From Bacilli bacterium (GTDB taxonomy: Bacteria > Bacillota_I > Bacilli_A > RFN20 > CAG-826), in NCBI GenBank assembly GCA_045597865.1, contig JAZLKX010000052.1, positions 1 to 64,000 of the forward strand: a DNA stretch of 64,000 nt. Direction: 5' to 3'. Below, one piece after another: positions 25,131-35,518 of this stretch. The notes beneath the pieces were generated by a model. It was not told the DNA's origin. It ran no database searches and saw nothing but the letters and a program-made list of their open reading frames with translations. A program made the position numbers and the translations under genes. Numbering within the stretch: the stretch's first letter is position 1; the number at the start of each line of letters is the position of its first letter.

Positions 25131-26831
25131 ATGAGTATTTCGTTTGGAAACAAAAATGTAAAAGAAATGTACTTTGGTAACAAAAAAGTTGCCAAGGTAT
25201 ATTTTGGCAATAAGTTGGTTTGGCCGAAAGCGATTGTTGATGCATGGAAATATCTTGTTGCTGAAGGCGCCCAACAGGCAACGATAAGACCAGCAGCTAA
25301 AGTAAAATTTAATGAACCAGTTAAATTATTAGGTTTTTCATTTTATACGATTTATAATCCGCCAGCCCAACAAAGTGGTTTAGGTATTTCAATTTCAAGG
25401 TGCGACGGCGATTTTGATACTGCTGTTAATTCGCGTGGAATGAAAATGATAGCTTCAACTGCTAGTCTTTCGTATTCAACGCCGCAAAAAACTGATTACG
25501 CAACCGACGATAATAAACCAATCTATAGAATTGATGTTACACCTAATGACACAACTAATGGTATACAGTTATTGCCGGGTTCATACTTATTTAGATTACC
25601 ACATAGTAAAGAAAACCAGTATGAAGCTAACGGCAATGATTTGGTGTTTAAAGACAACGATGATTATGATGGATATTTTACAACATTTGCATATGAAAAC
25701 ACCGCTGAAGGGAGCTATTATAGTACATGGGATGATACGAGCTGGATAAAAAAATCGGGTAATGCTAGACTCGACATAAAGACTAAATCTGCGTTTGATG
25801 ATGATCCAATCTTGACAGCTGATATAAGCTTGGTACAGGAATTTGAAACTGTTAAGTTTATTGCTACAACGGAATTTGCTGGCACAGTCATTGATCTTGC
25901 ACCATTTATTACTGAATACAATTTTGATCTTGGTGGAACTGAAATCACAACGACGAACCAGATTGTGCCAATTGAGAATTTGAGATTTACCGCAAGGCCA
26001 TTTACTCTTCCTGCTAAAGCAACAGCAGTTTCACGTGAAGGAAATGTTACTCCTGAAATTACTATTGATATGAGCATTGATGTCAACTTAAACTTTACAC
26101 AAGATGAACTAAATGATAAAATGGTATGGACCGCTATGTGGGGTGATGTTGATTATGCAGATCAAATTGAATCATATACTTGTGTTTTTAGAAACGGTCC
26201 TTCGCCAAAAACAGAAGTAGTTACTAAGACAGAAGTTACAACCGCTGATTTGGAAAATGGTACATATCAACTTGTATGTACACTTAAAACCAAAAACGGC
26301 AATGTGCCAGTTTCAAAGTACAAAGATAATGTCGTGATAAATCACGACAATGATACTTATGCAGGTGAAACTACATCAAATGCAACATGGCTTTTATTTA
26401 CGCCTACAGTAAATTGTAAACTTACAAGCTACACATTTTATACATTAAATCATGCAACGAGTTTTGCATCAGGTATCAATTTAATTGCTGAAGTTATAGA
26501 TTCTACTCATAGAACTATTTTAGAAACCGGTAGTTTTTCATTAGGATCATCTGTACAACATACAAAGAAAACAACTGATGGTAAGACCATTTGGAAAACG
26601 ACTTATAATTACACAAAGACTACTCCATTAACACTTACCGCAGGTCATACATATATGTTGCCTATATCATATGATGAATGGAATAATCATTCACATGCAT
26701 GGACAACGAACACTGCGGAAGACGTAATTCCAACATGTGTGATGCAAGCCGGTGCTATTGAACATACATGGCAAGGCGACGGAAAAACTACAAATGGTAC
26801 AAAGGCAATAATTAGTTTCACAGAGGTTTAG
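25131..26831 (+). CDS. putative receptor-binding/tail-tip protein
   Basis: N-terminal (F/YFGNKxV)x3-WP motif; two related beta-rich domains. Confidence 0.7.
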   Translation: MSISFGNKNVKEMYFGNKKVAKVYFGNKLVWPKAIVDAWKYLVAEGAQQATIRPAAKVKFNEPVKLLGFSFYTIYNPPAQQSGLGISISRCDGDFDTAVNSRGMKMIASTASLSYSTPQKTDYATDDNKPIYRIDVTPNDTTNGIQLLPGSYLFRLPHSKENQYEANGNDLVFKDNDDYDGYFTTFAYENTAEGSYYSTWDDTSWIKKSGNARLDIKTKSAFDDDPILTADISLVQEFETVKFIATTEFAGTVIDLAPFITEYNFDLGGTEITTTNQIVPIENLRFTARPFTLPAKATAVSREGNVTPEITIDMSIDVNLNFTQDELNDKMVWTAMWGDVDYADQIESYTCVFRNGPSPKTEVVTKTEVTTADLENGTYQLVCTLKTKNGNVPVSKYKDNVVINHDNDTYAGETTSNATWLLFTPTVNCKLTSYTFYTLNHATSFASGINLIAEVIDSTHRTILETGSFSLGSSVQHTKKTTDGKTIWKTTYNYTKTTPLTLTAGHTYMLPISYDEWNNHSHAWTTNTAEDVIPTCVMQAGAIEHTWQGDGKTTNGTKAIISFTEV

Positions 26832-27500
26832 ATGGTTTATTTAGTAAATAAAATTCTTAACACACTAGTTGGTACATTTGATAACACAAGCTATGCAAAT
26901 GATTACTTGGTTGAACACGGCGAAGATGCAGAAAATTATTTTATATTAACGGAGCTTGATAGCATGAAATATGTTAATCGTATCGCTTATGTAGACGGTA
27001 AATGCGTTTACAATAATAAAGAATTTTGGACAAGCGATTTAAGTAAGTTTATCGCTGAATATGATAAGCACACTGTACAAACAATTCTTGGCGACAGAGA
27101 AACTGTTAATCAAGCAAGATTCATTTCTGAATATCATAATATGATAAACAAGATTAACGCTATTGACGGCCGTGCTGGTCAGATTGAATACAATATGCAG
27201 GTTGGCAAAGAGTTCGTTTCTCTATTCCGTGAAGAATGTATTCTTACCAATTTCACAAAAGAATCTGATACTTCTCCTATGAAGATTTTTGAAAAACTTA
27301 CTCCAGTTATCGCTATGCTTGACGCAGGTGCATTCCGTGAAGCAAAACAGTATCTTGCTGGTTATCGTCAGATGCTTAAAGATGACTTCCTAACCGATGA
27401 ACGCATTGATAAGTACATCGCCATGCTTGATGCAGCAGATGCTATTGAGTATGCAACAGAAGAAGATTACTTCTATACAGCACCTGAAACAGATGCTTAA
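26832..27500 (+). CDS. putative tail-fibre assembly protein
   Basis: GKEFVSLF..FEKLTPVIAMLDAGAFREA parallels GRVIINDF..FAAYMPVLTYIEYGLFQSA of 23224-23544. Confidence 0.55.
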   Translation: MVYLVNKILNTLVGTFDNTSYANDYLVEHGEDAENYFILTELDSMKYVNRIAYVDGKCVYNNKEFWTSDLSKFIAEYDKHTVQTILGDRETVNQARFISEYHNMINKINAIDGRAGQIEYNMQVGKEFVSLFREECILTNFTKESDTSPMKIFEKLTPVIAMLDAGAFREAKQYLAGYRQMLKDDFLTDERIDKYIAMLDAADAIEYATEEDYFYTAPETDA

Positions 27501-27518
27501 TTTAATTGAGGTCCAACG

Positions 27519-28247
27519 ATGAGTTCCATGACATATAACGGTACACTTATTCGTTTAGCTGATAATGACATAGGCGTTACTGCGACCTCAGATGTGCCAG
27601 AACCAATTCAAGAAACGAAAACAACATCGTATAATAAAGTATCTGGCCAGTTTGCAAGTGGCGATGACAACGCGTCAAAGTATAAGTACATCTATGCACT
27701 GCAAACATATGTTCCAGCTGAAGATATCATTCTGTCATCATACGGCATTTGCGATGGGCATGGAAGTCAAACAACGGAACCGATGCAAGGCGGCTATGTT
27801 TTTGTTAAAGATGATCCAACCAGTTATAGTAATGGCAAGATGAAACTGTTGCTAACGCCTTCGCAGGTTGAACTTACAAATGCTGGTACATCACAAAAGT
27901 TAGATTCTGCGTATTATCACTTATATACATTAAAGAAGCCTATCATCTTGCATAAAGGTAAAATGTATCTTTTCCCCGCAGCCGGCAACTTGAGTAATCA
28001 AGCCAAGACGGAAAATGCTAGCGAAGAAAACATTATTACTTACAGCAAGAAAACATTTAACCGTAACCGCATTTGCTACTGTTCAAATACAGAAGTAATC
28101 AGCCCTGCTAAACTTGCAATGCGAAAAGATACAGATGGTGAATGGATTGTGAATGATACCGTCTATACAAAATTTTCAAAGAGTGGAAGCGCGCCAACAG
28201 TGCTTCAGTTCAATGGCACAGGTATGGACGATGGGGTATTTGTATGA
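27519..28247 (+). CDS. beta-rich virion-associated protein
   Basis: YVPAEDIILSSYGI..LHKGKMYLFP resembles the domains of 25131-26831. Confidence 0.6.
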   Translation: MSSMTYNGTLIRLADNDIGVTATSDVPEPIQETKTTSYNKVSGQFASGDDNASKYKYIYALQTYVPAEDIILSSYGICDGHGSQTTEPMQGGYVFVKDDPTSYSNGKMKLLLTPSQVELTNAGTSQKLDSAYYHLYTLKKPIILHKGKMYLFPAAGNLSNQAKTENASEENIITYSKKTFNRNRICYCSNTEVISPAKLAMRKDTDGEWIVNDTVYTKFSKSGSAPTVLQFNGTGMDDGVFV

Positions 28248-29047
28248 TTCTGAAATTTGGCAATAAGTTGCTAAAGCTGGGTAATAAACTACTTTCATTT
28301 GGCGAAGGTTCTAAGTGGGATCTTTCAAAGTTCTATTCAATACCTGAAGTCTATGCTTCATTGAATGCAGGCGATAAGATTTCATTTGTTATTAGACATG
28401 CAGAACGTAATGCAGACGACTACGGCGACGAAGGCAAGCTAAATGCAAATGGCGAACTTCAAGCAACTGCATTAGGCACTTTGCTTCAGGGCGGCATTGC
28501 AGCACAGAATGATATTGCTTTATACGCAACTTCTGTGTATCGTTGTAAACAGACTGCTTCACTTATTGCCAAAGGCAGAGGCGATACCGTTCCTGGTGTA
28601 GATGATTTCATGGATGTAGCTGTTGCTAGTGATCTTTTGAGAGGTCACGCTTATACTATCGTTGAAGGCGGAAATTCATGGGATGATCTTTCAAGATATG
28701 CTTATGGTCAACCGTATGAAGGTGAGTATAAAGATCAGAAAACCATTTCAGATAGTATCGTTGAATACGCAACGCCTAAGGATAATGATAAGACAATTAA
28801 CATTTACATTTCACATGACTTCTGTATGTTGCCTTTAGTTGCCTATGAATCTAACAGAAAGATAGACATGCGTTTCTATGAAGCGGGTGGTTCGCAATGG
28901 ACAACCGGCAAATGGATAAATTACCTCACAGGTATTGCAGTTATTAAGCGTACTTCCGGCGAGGTTGAAATAGTCAATGTTACGGGTCTTTCTACCGGGG
29001 TTACAAACACAGGCTCACAGCAGCAAGGGCAACCACCGTTATCCTAA
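28244..29047 (+). CDS. histidine phosphatase superfamily protein with a tail-type N-terminal peptide
   Basis: FVIRHAER, LNANGELQA, RCKQTA and ISHD catalytic motifs. Confidence 0.85.
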   Translation: MILKFGNKLLKLGNKLLSFGEGSKWDLSKFYSIPEVYASLNAGDKISFVIRHAERNADDYGDEGKLNANGELQATALGTLLQGGIAAQNDIALYATSVYRCKQTASLIAKGRGDTVPGVDDFMDVAVASDLLRGHAYTIVEGGNSWDDLSRYAYGQPYEGEYKDQKTISDSIVEYATPKDNDKTINIYISHDFCMLPLVAYESNRKIDMRFYEAGGSQWTTGKWINYLTGIAVIKRTSGEVEIVNVTGLSTGVTNTGSQQQGQPPLS

Positions 29048-29069
29048 AACATGCCTTTAAACGTCTTAT

Positions 29070-29097
29070 AAAAGTGGTGCTCGATGCACCACTTTTT
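29070..29097 (+). terminator. intrinsic terminator
   Basis: AAAAGTGGTGC-TCGAT-GCACCACTTTTT. Confidence 0.85.
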
Positions 29098-29100
29098 CTG

Positions 29101-29108
29101 TATAAATA
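29101..29108 (+). promoter_or_regulatory. T4-type late promoter
   Basis: TATAAATA. Confidence 0.8.
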
Positions 29109-29131
29109 AAATATAGAAAGGATTTTTAAGT

Positions 29132-29584
29132 ATGCTATTAGAAGAGTTTAAATTTTTGGTTGAAGAACTAGGAAAGATCAACGATGATCCTGAACCTGTT
29201 CATGACGAAGTTCCGGAAGAACATCATCACGAAGAACCTGTTGAAGAAAAGAAGCCAACCGATATGCGTGCCGCAATTCGCAAGGCTATTGAACCTTCTG
29301 TAGCCGTAGCCAAATCAATCATTGAAGCTATTGGCGATAGTGCTGAAACGACAGGTACATCTAAGAAAATGAAGGACCAAGAACAGCAAGTTAAGAACTT
29401 TGAAAAGCAGGCTAAAGGTGCTTGTGAACAGGTTATCTCAGTTGTTGAAGGTAAACACTTTGTACCTGATAAACACAATTCTTCACCACGTGCATATAAG
29501 ATTATCCGTCATAATGATTCTCGTGATGTTGACGCGGTCAAGCTTTCGCTTGCTATTATAACATTCTATAATTCTCTAGGATAA
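29132..29584 (+). CDS. hypothetical late protein
   Basis: 150 aa, AAAGGA SD; acidic/His-rich N-terminus. Confidence 0.75.
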   Translation: MLLEEFKFLVEELGKINDDPEPVHDEVPEEHHHEEPVEEKKPTDMRAAIRKAIEPSVAVAKSIIEAIGDSAETTGTSKKMKDQEQQVKNFEKQAKGACEQVISVVEGKHFVPDKHNSSPRAYKIIRHNDSRDVDAVKLSLAIITFYNSLG

Positions 29585-29594
29585 GAGGTAATGT

Positions 29595-31331
29595 ATGGCA
29601 GCCAGTTTAGTTGAACAGTTGAAAGACGTAGCTGAATGGAACCGTAGAACGGTCGCAGACGGTGACTGGATGCAAGCCAATACTTTCACGCCGATGTACC
29701 AAAACATCGTACTTATTGCGAAAGCTATGGATGATAACGGCATAGCCGAAATACCAAACATTAAGCAAAATGCTGAATTAGGTAAAGCTGCTTATGATGA
29801 ACTAGCCAATTATGATCTTAGCAAAATCACGAACTCAGCTAAGTCTGGATACGCAGCTTATCAAAAAGTTTCAGCTATTGATTTTAATGCGCTTAGTGCA
29901 TCAGCTGCATCAGGTGTATTGGCATACCAAAAAGTTTCAGCAGTAGATTTTGTAACACTTAGCGCCGATGCGCAGAATGGCGCACGCGCCTGGAATAAGG
30001 TTTCTTCGTATGAATTGCCGAAGATCTATACATCAGCAGAAAATGGCAACAGTGCATGGTCATGGCTATCTGGTAGAACTGCGCCCATTAACACAGCGGT
30101 TACTAACTATAAGAACATTGAAGGTTCGGCCAAATCTGGTATGAATGCTTACACGACGCTGTTAGCAAATTCAGCTAAGTGGAATAGTGCATATTCATCA
30201 ATCTCAGCAGGGTCTGGAATCTGGAACAGCGCTTTTAGTGCTATATCAGCAAACTCTGGTAAATGGACTAGTGCGGCTGCGACGGTTGGCAATAGTGCAG
30301 CAAAATGGTCATCGGCAACTGATCTTATTAGGACAAAATCCGGTTCATGGAATGACGCCTATGATACTGTTTACGCTAAAAGCGGCGGTTGGGAAGCAAG
30401 CTACAGCGCAGTAAGCAGCCGGTCAGGAAATTGGATCGGTGCTTATAATAAAATAACCGCTGGTTCAGCTAACTGGAACAATGCTTACACGACTGTACAG
30501 GGCAATAGTGCCAACTGGTCAGCTTCATACCATTACATAATCACAAATTCTGCAGTATGGAACTCAGCCTATTCAACATTCACAGGTGCTTCTGGCGATT
30601 GGGTAAACACATATAAAATTGTTTCAGCAGGCTCAGCTAACTGGAACAGCGCATACGGCGTTTTCTCAGCCGGTTCAGCTAAGTGGAATAGTGCCTATTC
30701 ATCAGTTTCAGCAGGTTCAGCAAACTGGAATGGTGCATACGGTACGCTATCAGCGGGTTCAGCAAAATGGAATAGTGCCTATTCAACAATCACAGCTAAT
30801 TCAGGAACTTGGAATAGTGCTTATAAAACTATTAGCGATAATTCAGCAAACTGGAATGGTGCATACAGTGCGTTATCTAACGGTTCAGCTATCTGGAATG
30901 GTGCATACGGTACGCTATCAGCGGGGTCCGGAATCTGGAACAGCGCTTACAGTGTTATATCAGCAAACTCTGGTAAGTGGAACAGCGCATGCTCAACTAT
31001 TTCATCAAATTCAGCTAACTGGAACAGCGCATATTCAGTAGTTTCAGCGGGTTCAGCAAAATGGAATAGTGCTTACAGTACGTTAACCGCTAGTGGCGAT
31101 AGATGGAATGCTGGCGTTACCTCATTAAGTTCTGTATCAGGTGCATGGAATACTGCAGCTGGACTAGTGAAAGCAAGTGGCGATAAATGGAACGCGGCTT
31201 ATGGATGGTTGTCATCAAACTCCAGCCATTTTGTGTCAGGTTCATATATCTCAGCAATAGCCGCGGTTTATGAGGTACCTGCAACAAAACAGGATGGCAC
31301 GATTTACGCACTGATGTTTGATGTTGCTTAA
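29595..31331 (+). CDS. fibrous protein with 14-aa S-A-x-W-N-S-A-Y repeats
   Basis: More than 20 tandem tetradecads (e.g. SAGSAKWNSAYSTI); C-terminal PATKQDGTIYALM. Confidence 0.8.
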   Translation: MAASLVEQLKDVAEWNRRTVADGDWMQANTFTPMYQNIVLIAKAMDDNGIAEIPNIKQNAELGKAAYDELANYDLSKITNSAKSGYAAYQKVSAIDFNALSASAASGVLAYQKVSAVDFVTLSADAQNGARAWNKVSSYELPKIYTSAENGNSAWSWLSGRTAPINTAVTNYKNIEGSAKSGMNAYTTLLANSAKWNSAYSSISAGSGIWNSAFSAISANSGKWTSAAATVGNSAAKWSSATDLIRTKSGSWNDAYDTVYAKSGGWEASYSAVSSRSGNWIGAYNKITAGSANWNNAYTTVQGNSANWSASYHYIITNSAVWNSAYSTFTGASGDWVNTYKIVSAGSANWNSAYGVFSAGSAKWNSAYSSVSAGSANWNGAYGTLSAGSAKWNSAYSTITANSGTWNSAYKTISDNSANWNGAYSALSNGSAIWNGAYGTLSAGSGIWNSAYSVISANSGKWNSACSTISSNSANWNSAYSVVSAGSAKWNSAYSTLTASGDRWNAGVTSLSSVSGAWNTAAGLVKASGDKWNAAYGWLSSNSSHFVSGSYISAIAAVYEVPATKQDGTIYALMFDVA

Positions 31332-31343
31332 TGTGAGGACACA

Positions 31344-33017
31344 ATGGCATACGTTGAAAAAATCATTGGTACAAAACCGGTAAGCCGACAGACGACTGCT
31401 GATGGTCTTTGGTTTACTTCTGGTGTGATTGGCATAAATGTTACAAACATCAAAACTTTAGCTGAGGCACTAGATGAAGCTGACTTGCTAGATTTACCAT
31501 CAGTTAAAGCATCTGCTGCATTAGGTGCAGCAGCGTCAGCAACATTAGCAAAATATAACCTGTCTGCTATTAAAAATTCAGCCGAATTTGGACAGGCTGC
31601 GTGGAATAAAGCATATAGTTTTAATTATTCTGGCTGTACTAATTCAGCTAAGACTGGCGCTGAAGCATGGAAACGTGTTAAGGATGTAAGAATTGCCGAC
31701 ATCAGCGCAGCAGCAGCTCAAGGGCAAAGCGCTTGGAGCTGCGTTTCTGGTGTTTCATTTGCCGATATGTATACTTACGCTGTGAACGGTCAAAAAGCAT
31801 ACACAGCATTAAACGGATTAAAAACTGGCATTGAATACTTAACGGCAAATTATGAAACCATACGTGACGCTGCCAAATATGGAGCTGAAGCTAGTGTTGC
31901 TAGTACAGCGGTTCCTATCTGGAACGCGTTAGCCGCCGCAACAGACGCTAGCGCATCAAAATGGAATGGCATGTATCAGCTTTTTCAAAGTGATACTATT
32001 TCAGGTTTTAATAAATGGCAAGAAACATATAAAACAGTAAATACCAATTCAGCTGGTTGGAATAAGCTTACATCGGCTGAGAAATGGCAGTCTTTCTTTG
32101 AAACTGTTTCTACCCATTCAGGTACTTGCTGGGAATCATTGGCCTCTGCCATTTCAGCGTTTGATAAGTTAACGGCCGCATCAACATCGGCTGACAAATG
32201 GAGCAGTGCATATTCATCTGTCTCAGCTGAATCAGGATATTGGGGTGCTTTAGTCGGCCTATCAGCAACATCAGGAAAACAGTGGAGCAATTACGGTTCT
32301 ATCATATTGGCAAGTGCATCTAATTTAAATAGTGCATATTCTATTGTGAACAAAAATTACACAAATTGGAACAGCACCTATGATGTAAATGTTACGAAGT
32401 GGAATACCTTGACGGCAGCAGTTGATGCAAGCGCTGGTAAATGGAATACTTGCACAGCTAGCACTAATGCAAGTGCTGGTAAATGGAATACTTATAATAC
32501 TGCGGTTACAAATAGTGCAGCAAAATGGAACATATTAAAACCTAGTGCTGACAAATACATGACGATGAAAACTGCAGTTGATGCAAGCGCTGGCAAATGG
32601 AATGCTTTAGTTGATAATTCAGCAACTACTTGGGATAAAATGGCAACAGCATACGATGCGTTAAAGGCTGATCTTAATAATCTATTAACCCAAGCCGCGC
32701 TATCAAGTAAACTAAATGCATGTAAAACTACAGTATTTAATAGTGCATCAAACTGGACGTTTGCTTATACACAAGTAGCTGTGAGAATGGGAATGTGGGA
32801 TTCTATACCAAAATATATAGCAAATTCAGCTGAAACTGTTGACAGCATGAGAATCAATGTAAACAACAGCTCAACGTATTGGAATAGACTATATACTGCT
32901 AGTACGAACGATTGCTGGGTCAGAACTGGCACTAATGTAACGGCTGTTTTTTTCCCAACAGAATGCACAGGAAATAGACACGGCACAGGAAAAAACACAT
33001 TATTATTTTGTGAATAG
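31344..33017 (+). CDS. paralogous fibrous protein with degenerate ASAGKWN repeats
   Basis: N-terminus RQTTADGLWF parallels RRTVADGDWM of the preceding gene; same W-N periodicity. Confidence 0.8.
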   Translation: MAYVEKIIGTKPVSRQTTADGLWFTSGVIGINVTNIKTLAEALDEADLLDLPSVKASAALGAAASATLAKYNLSAIKNSAEFGQAAWNKAYSFNYSGCTNSAKTGAEAWKRVKDVRIADISAAAAQGQSAWSCVSGVSFADMYTYAVNGQKAYTALNGLKTGIEYLTANYETIRDAAKYGAEASVASTAVPIWNALAAATDASASKWNGMYQLFQSDTISGFNKWQETYKTVNTNSAGWNKLTSAEKWQSFFETVSTHSGTCWESLASAISAFDKLTAASTSADKWSSAYSSVSAESGYWGALVGLSATSGKQWSNYGSIILASASNLNSAYSIVNKNYTNWNSTYDVNVTKWNTLTAAVDASAGKWNTCTASTNASAGKWNTYNTAVTNSAAKWNILKPSADKYMTMKTAVDASAGKWNALVDNSATTWDKMATAYDALKADLNNLLTQAALSSKLNACKTTVFNSASNWTFAYTQVAVRMGMWDSIPKYIANSAETVDSMRINVNNSSTYWNRLYTASTNDCWVRTGTNVTAVFFPTECTGNRHGTGKNTLLFCE

Positions 33018-33025
33018 AGGATATT

Positions 33026-34129
33026 ATGGCTGTACCAATGAATTTAGTTAGTTTATTTGCTAAAATCAAAATGACTACTATCATACCAGGCAGAGGTGAA
33101 TATACATTGTGGGACGAAACGAAAGGCCTTATGCCTTTCGCAACTAGGTCAGATCCAAAAAATCCAAATGAATGGTTCTTTTCACCGGTATTTCACACAG
33201 GTTCAAAACTCGCAACACTTCCACGAAAAGCGCTGCGCTTAATTAAGTTTGATGTTACCTGTGGTAAAAAACTTAATGATGTATTTTACTTCAAAGATAA
33301 AAAGTCAGCTGAACGGAGATTTGCAGGAGATGCGATGGCGAACGGCGGTTATCCAATGTGGTTTCATGGCTTTCCGTCTGGGTACATTGGTCCGGACGGT
33401 GTTGTGTCAAGCATGAATTCAACGACTTCTAAAGATCAGCGTTTATATACATCCCCTGCTTGGTATCGTGATTTTTGTGGCAACTATTATACTGGAGCAA
33501 CCGCAAAATCAGGTTGCTTTATGCAACATGTATATTCAGCAAATCAGCTATTTGACGAGGCGACTGGTAAAAAATGTTTTTCATGGGAATCAGACTCCGG
33601 ATGCATCTTAAATGCATGCATTTTACCAATAGTGGAAGAACCCACCGGTTTTAGTGGTTATTCGCCAAAACCATACGGTTTTTTGCTTGGACTAAAAAAT
33701 CAAGACATTTGGCCATCAACAGCGATGAATACGGTCTTCGGCGTACTATTTGGTGTTCCAAAAGAAAATACAGTTCATACAATGGCTATGTATATTAAGT
33801 GTGGCACTATGCATGATTTATATCCTGATGGAAAAACGCCAGCATTTCCATATAAGGATGATGCGAATCATGTTATGCGGCTTTCATATAAATTTTCAGC
33901 GTCTGATAAATCGCTGAGTGGCACCTCTGTGAATCCAAATATCTGTCGTTTAATTTCTGTTGATAACAGTTATAAGTATTTTGTTTTGAAAGGCCGATAT
34001 AAATTCACATCAGCGAACTGTGCGATATTTACACCGCCAACGGTTGCTTATTCAGGAAATAACACGTACCTGGGAGCACCAGCGGTCATACTAGATTCAT
34101 GGATCTCATTCCATGAAAATAACCCTTAG
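33026..34129 (+). CDS. hypothetical protein (possible fibre tip)
   Basis: 367 aa, GAGGA SD, last gene of the late block. Confidence 0.7.
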   Translation: MAVPMNLVSLFAKIKMTTIIPGRGEYTLWDETKGLMPFATRSDPKNPNEWFFSPVFHTGSKLATLPRKALRLIKFDVTCGKKLNDVFYFKDKKSAERRFAGDAMANGGYPMWFHGFPSGYIGPDGVVSSMNSTTSKDQRLYTSPAWYRDFCGNYYTGATAKSGCFMQHVYSANQLFDEATGKKCFSWESDSGCILNACILPIVEEPTGFSGYSPKPYGFLLGLKNQDIWPSTAMNTVFGVLFGVPKENTVHTMAMYIKCGTMHDLYPDGKTPAFPYKDDANHVMRLSYKFSASDKSLSGTSVNPNICRLISVDNSYKYFVLKGRYKFTSANCAIFTPPTVAYSGNNTYLGAPAVILDSWISFHENNP

Positions 34130-34650
34130 TCATAAAACTTAGTGAAAATTGCCAAGAGTACAGGCGGCAGTTGCTCAGGCAACAACCTGTACTCTTTTGG
34201 TATAACAAGCATGAACTCAATTTCTTCTTCAAGAATGACGGTTTCGTCTTTAGGGCGATATGCTACTACTTCAGGATATTGCTTATCCAACTGAGCCATA
34301 GCTTCATTATATTCAACGATCATATCAGTGATGATAGGTTCGCCGTTATTACCAAATTTGCCCTCGCCTTGGGCATCGCGGTCAATAAATTTTGCTGCCA
34401 ACTCGTTTTTCTTGGCAACATATTCTTCGGCGCGGTCGGGTGGCATCATACCAGCAGCTTTTAACTTAGTTTCAATGATCTGATCTAACATTTCAAATAT
34501 GTTAAGATTATCTAAAACTAACATGCTCCAGTTCTTCGAAGCACCCGCCTGTGTATACATCATTCTAAAGTATTCATCAAGAACTTTAATTTCAGCAATA
34601 GATAGTTTCACTTGTTTTTCCATTGCATAATCAGAAATACGATTATTCAT
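34126..34650 (-). CDS. hypothetical protein
   Basis: GAGGA SD before ATG 34650; last gene of the minus-strand operon. Confidence 0.75.
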   Translation of the reverse strand: MNNRISDYAMEKQVKLSIAEIKVLDEYFRMMYTQAGASKNWSMLVLDNLNIFEMLDQIIETKLKAAGMMPPDRAEEYVAKKNELAAKFIDRDAQGEGKFGNNGEPIITDMIVEYNEAMAQLDKQYPEVVAYRPKDETVILEEEIEFMLVIPKEYRLLPEQLPPVLLAIFTKFYD

Positions 34651-35518
34651 TATATCCTCTTTGTATGCGGCCACTGCTTGGGGTGAATGTAAGCTCGCTA
34701 AATTTAACTTCATTATTTATACCATACAAGTCAACACGTACAAACTTAAAATCGGATGCTAATCTGTATACATACGGTTTCATCTTTTCAAGCATTTCTT
34801 CTGTGTAATGATTAAATGCAAAATTAAAGATACCTTCATTAAGCTGCCATGTTGGTTCATTGCCGTCTTTATCAAACCAAGCAATAACTTGCTCAATGTT
34901 TTTGCTTATCTTTCGTTGAAGATTGACTGTTACGATTTCACCGTTTTCGCACCAGAACTCCCAGTTCATCAGATGTCCTAAATAAGGTTGAATGATAAAA
35001 CCTTTCACAATGTTTTCATATTGCCATTCATAACCGGTGATGTAGGCAAAATTTAGCTGATACCATTCCCACACCTTTTCTTGTATGTATGTTGGGTCAG
35101 TGCCATCAGTTTTATCAAACACAATGTTCCAACCTGAACCGTGATTCATTCTTAATATGTATTTGCCATTTGGTAAATTGTGCCAATCATTATCAGTAAG
35201 ATAACCACGTGAATACATAGTTGGTTCAATAACAAGTTCGCTTAAACCCATGTTATGTAATTCGTGTATAGCATTTATCTTATCAGCCCAGTATGCTTTT
35301 CTAGGATCTTTGTCATATAACTTATAATGGCAAATACGGTCAATTATGTTACGCGGCGCTTCATAATCAGCCCACGGCACTTCTGTATCAAGCCAGTGTT
35401 TTGCATAAGCCAATTTATCTTCAGCGAAACGACAATCGTTATATAAAGACGGATGAAGACCCGCAAGATATTCCTTGCGGTAATCTTCAGGGTTCATTTG
35501 CTTAGGTGGTTGAAACAT
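34643..35518 (-). CDS. TupA-like ATP-grasp ligase
   Basis: ADK, YILRMNHGSGWN, YEWQY, FVRVDLY, FSELTFTPSSG. Confidence 0.85.
   Translation of the reverse strand: MFQPPKQMNPEDYRKEYLAGLHPSLYNDCRFAEDKLAYAKHWLDTEVPWADYEAPRNIIDRICHYKLYDKDPRKAYWADKINAIHELHNMGLSELVIEPTMYSRGYLTDNDWHNLPNGKYILRMNHGSGWNIVFDKTDGTDPTYIQEKVWEWYQLNFAYITGYEWQYENIVKGFIIQPYLGHLMNWEFWCENGEIVTVNLQRKISKNIEQVIAWFDKDGNEPTWQLNEGIFNFAFNHYTEEMLEKMKPYVYRLASDFKFVRVDLYGINNEVKFSELTFTPSSGRIQRGYNE

Noticed and set aside
30170-31210. CRISPR array or DGR template in the 42-bp periodic region
   Set aside because: The periodicity is an in-frame protein repeat with synonymous variation; there are no constant repeats with unique spacers, no adenine-specific variation and no reverse transcriptase in the window.
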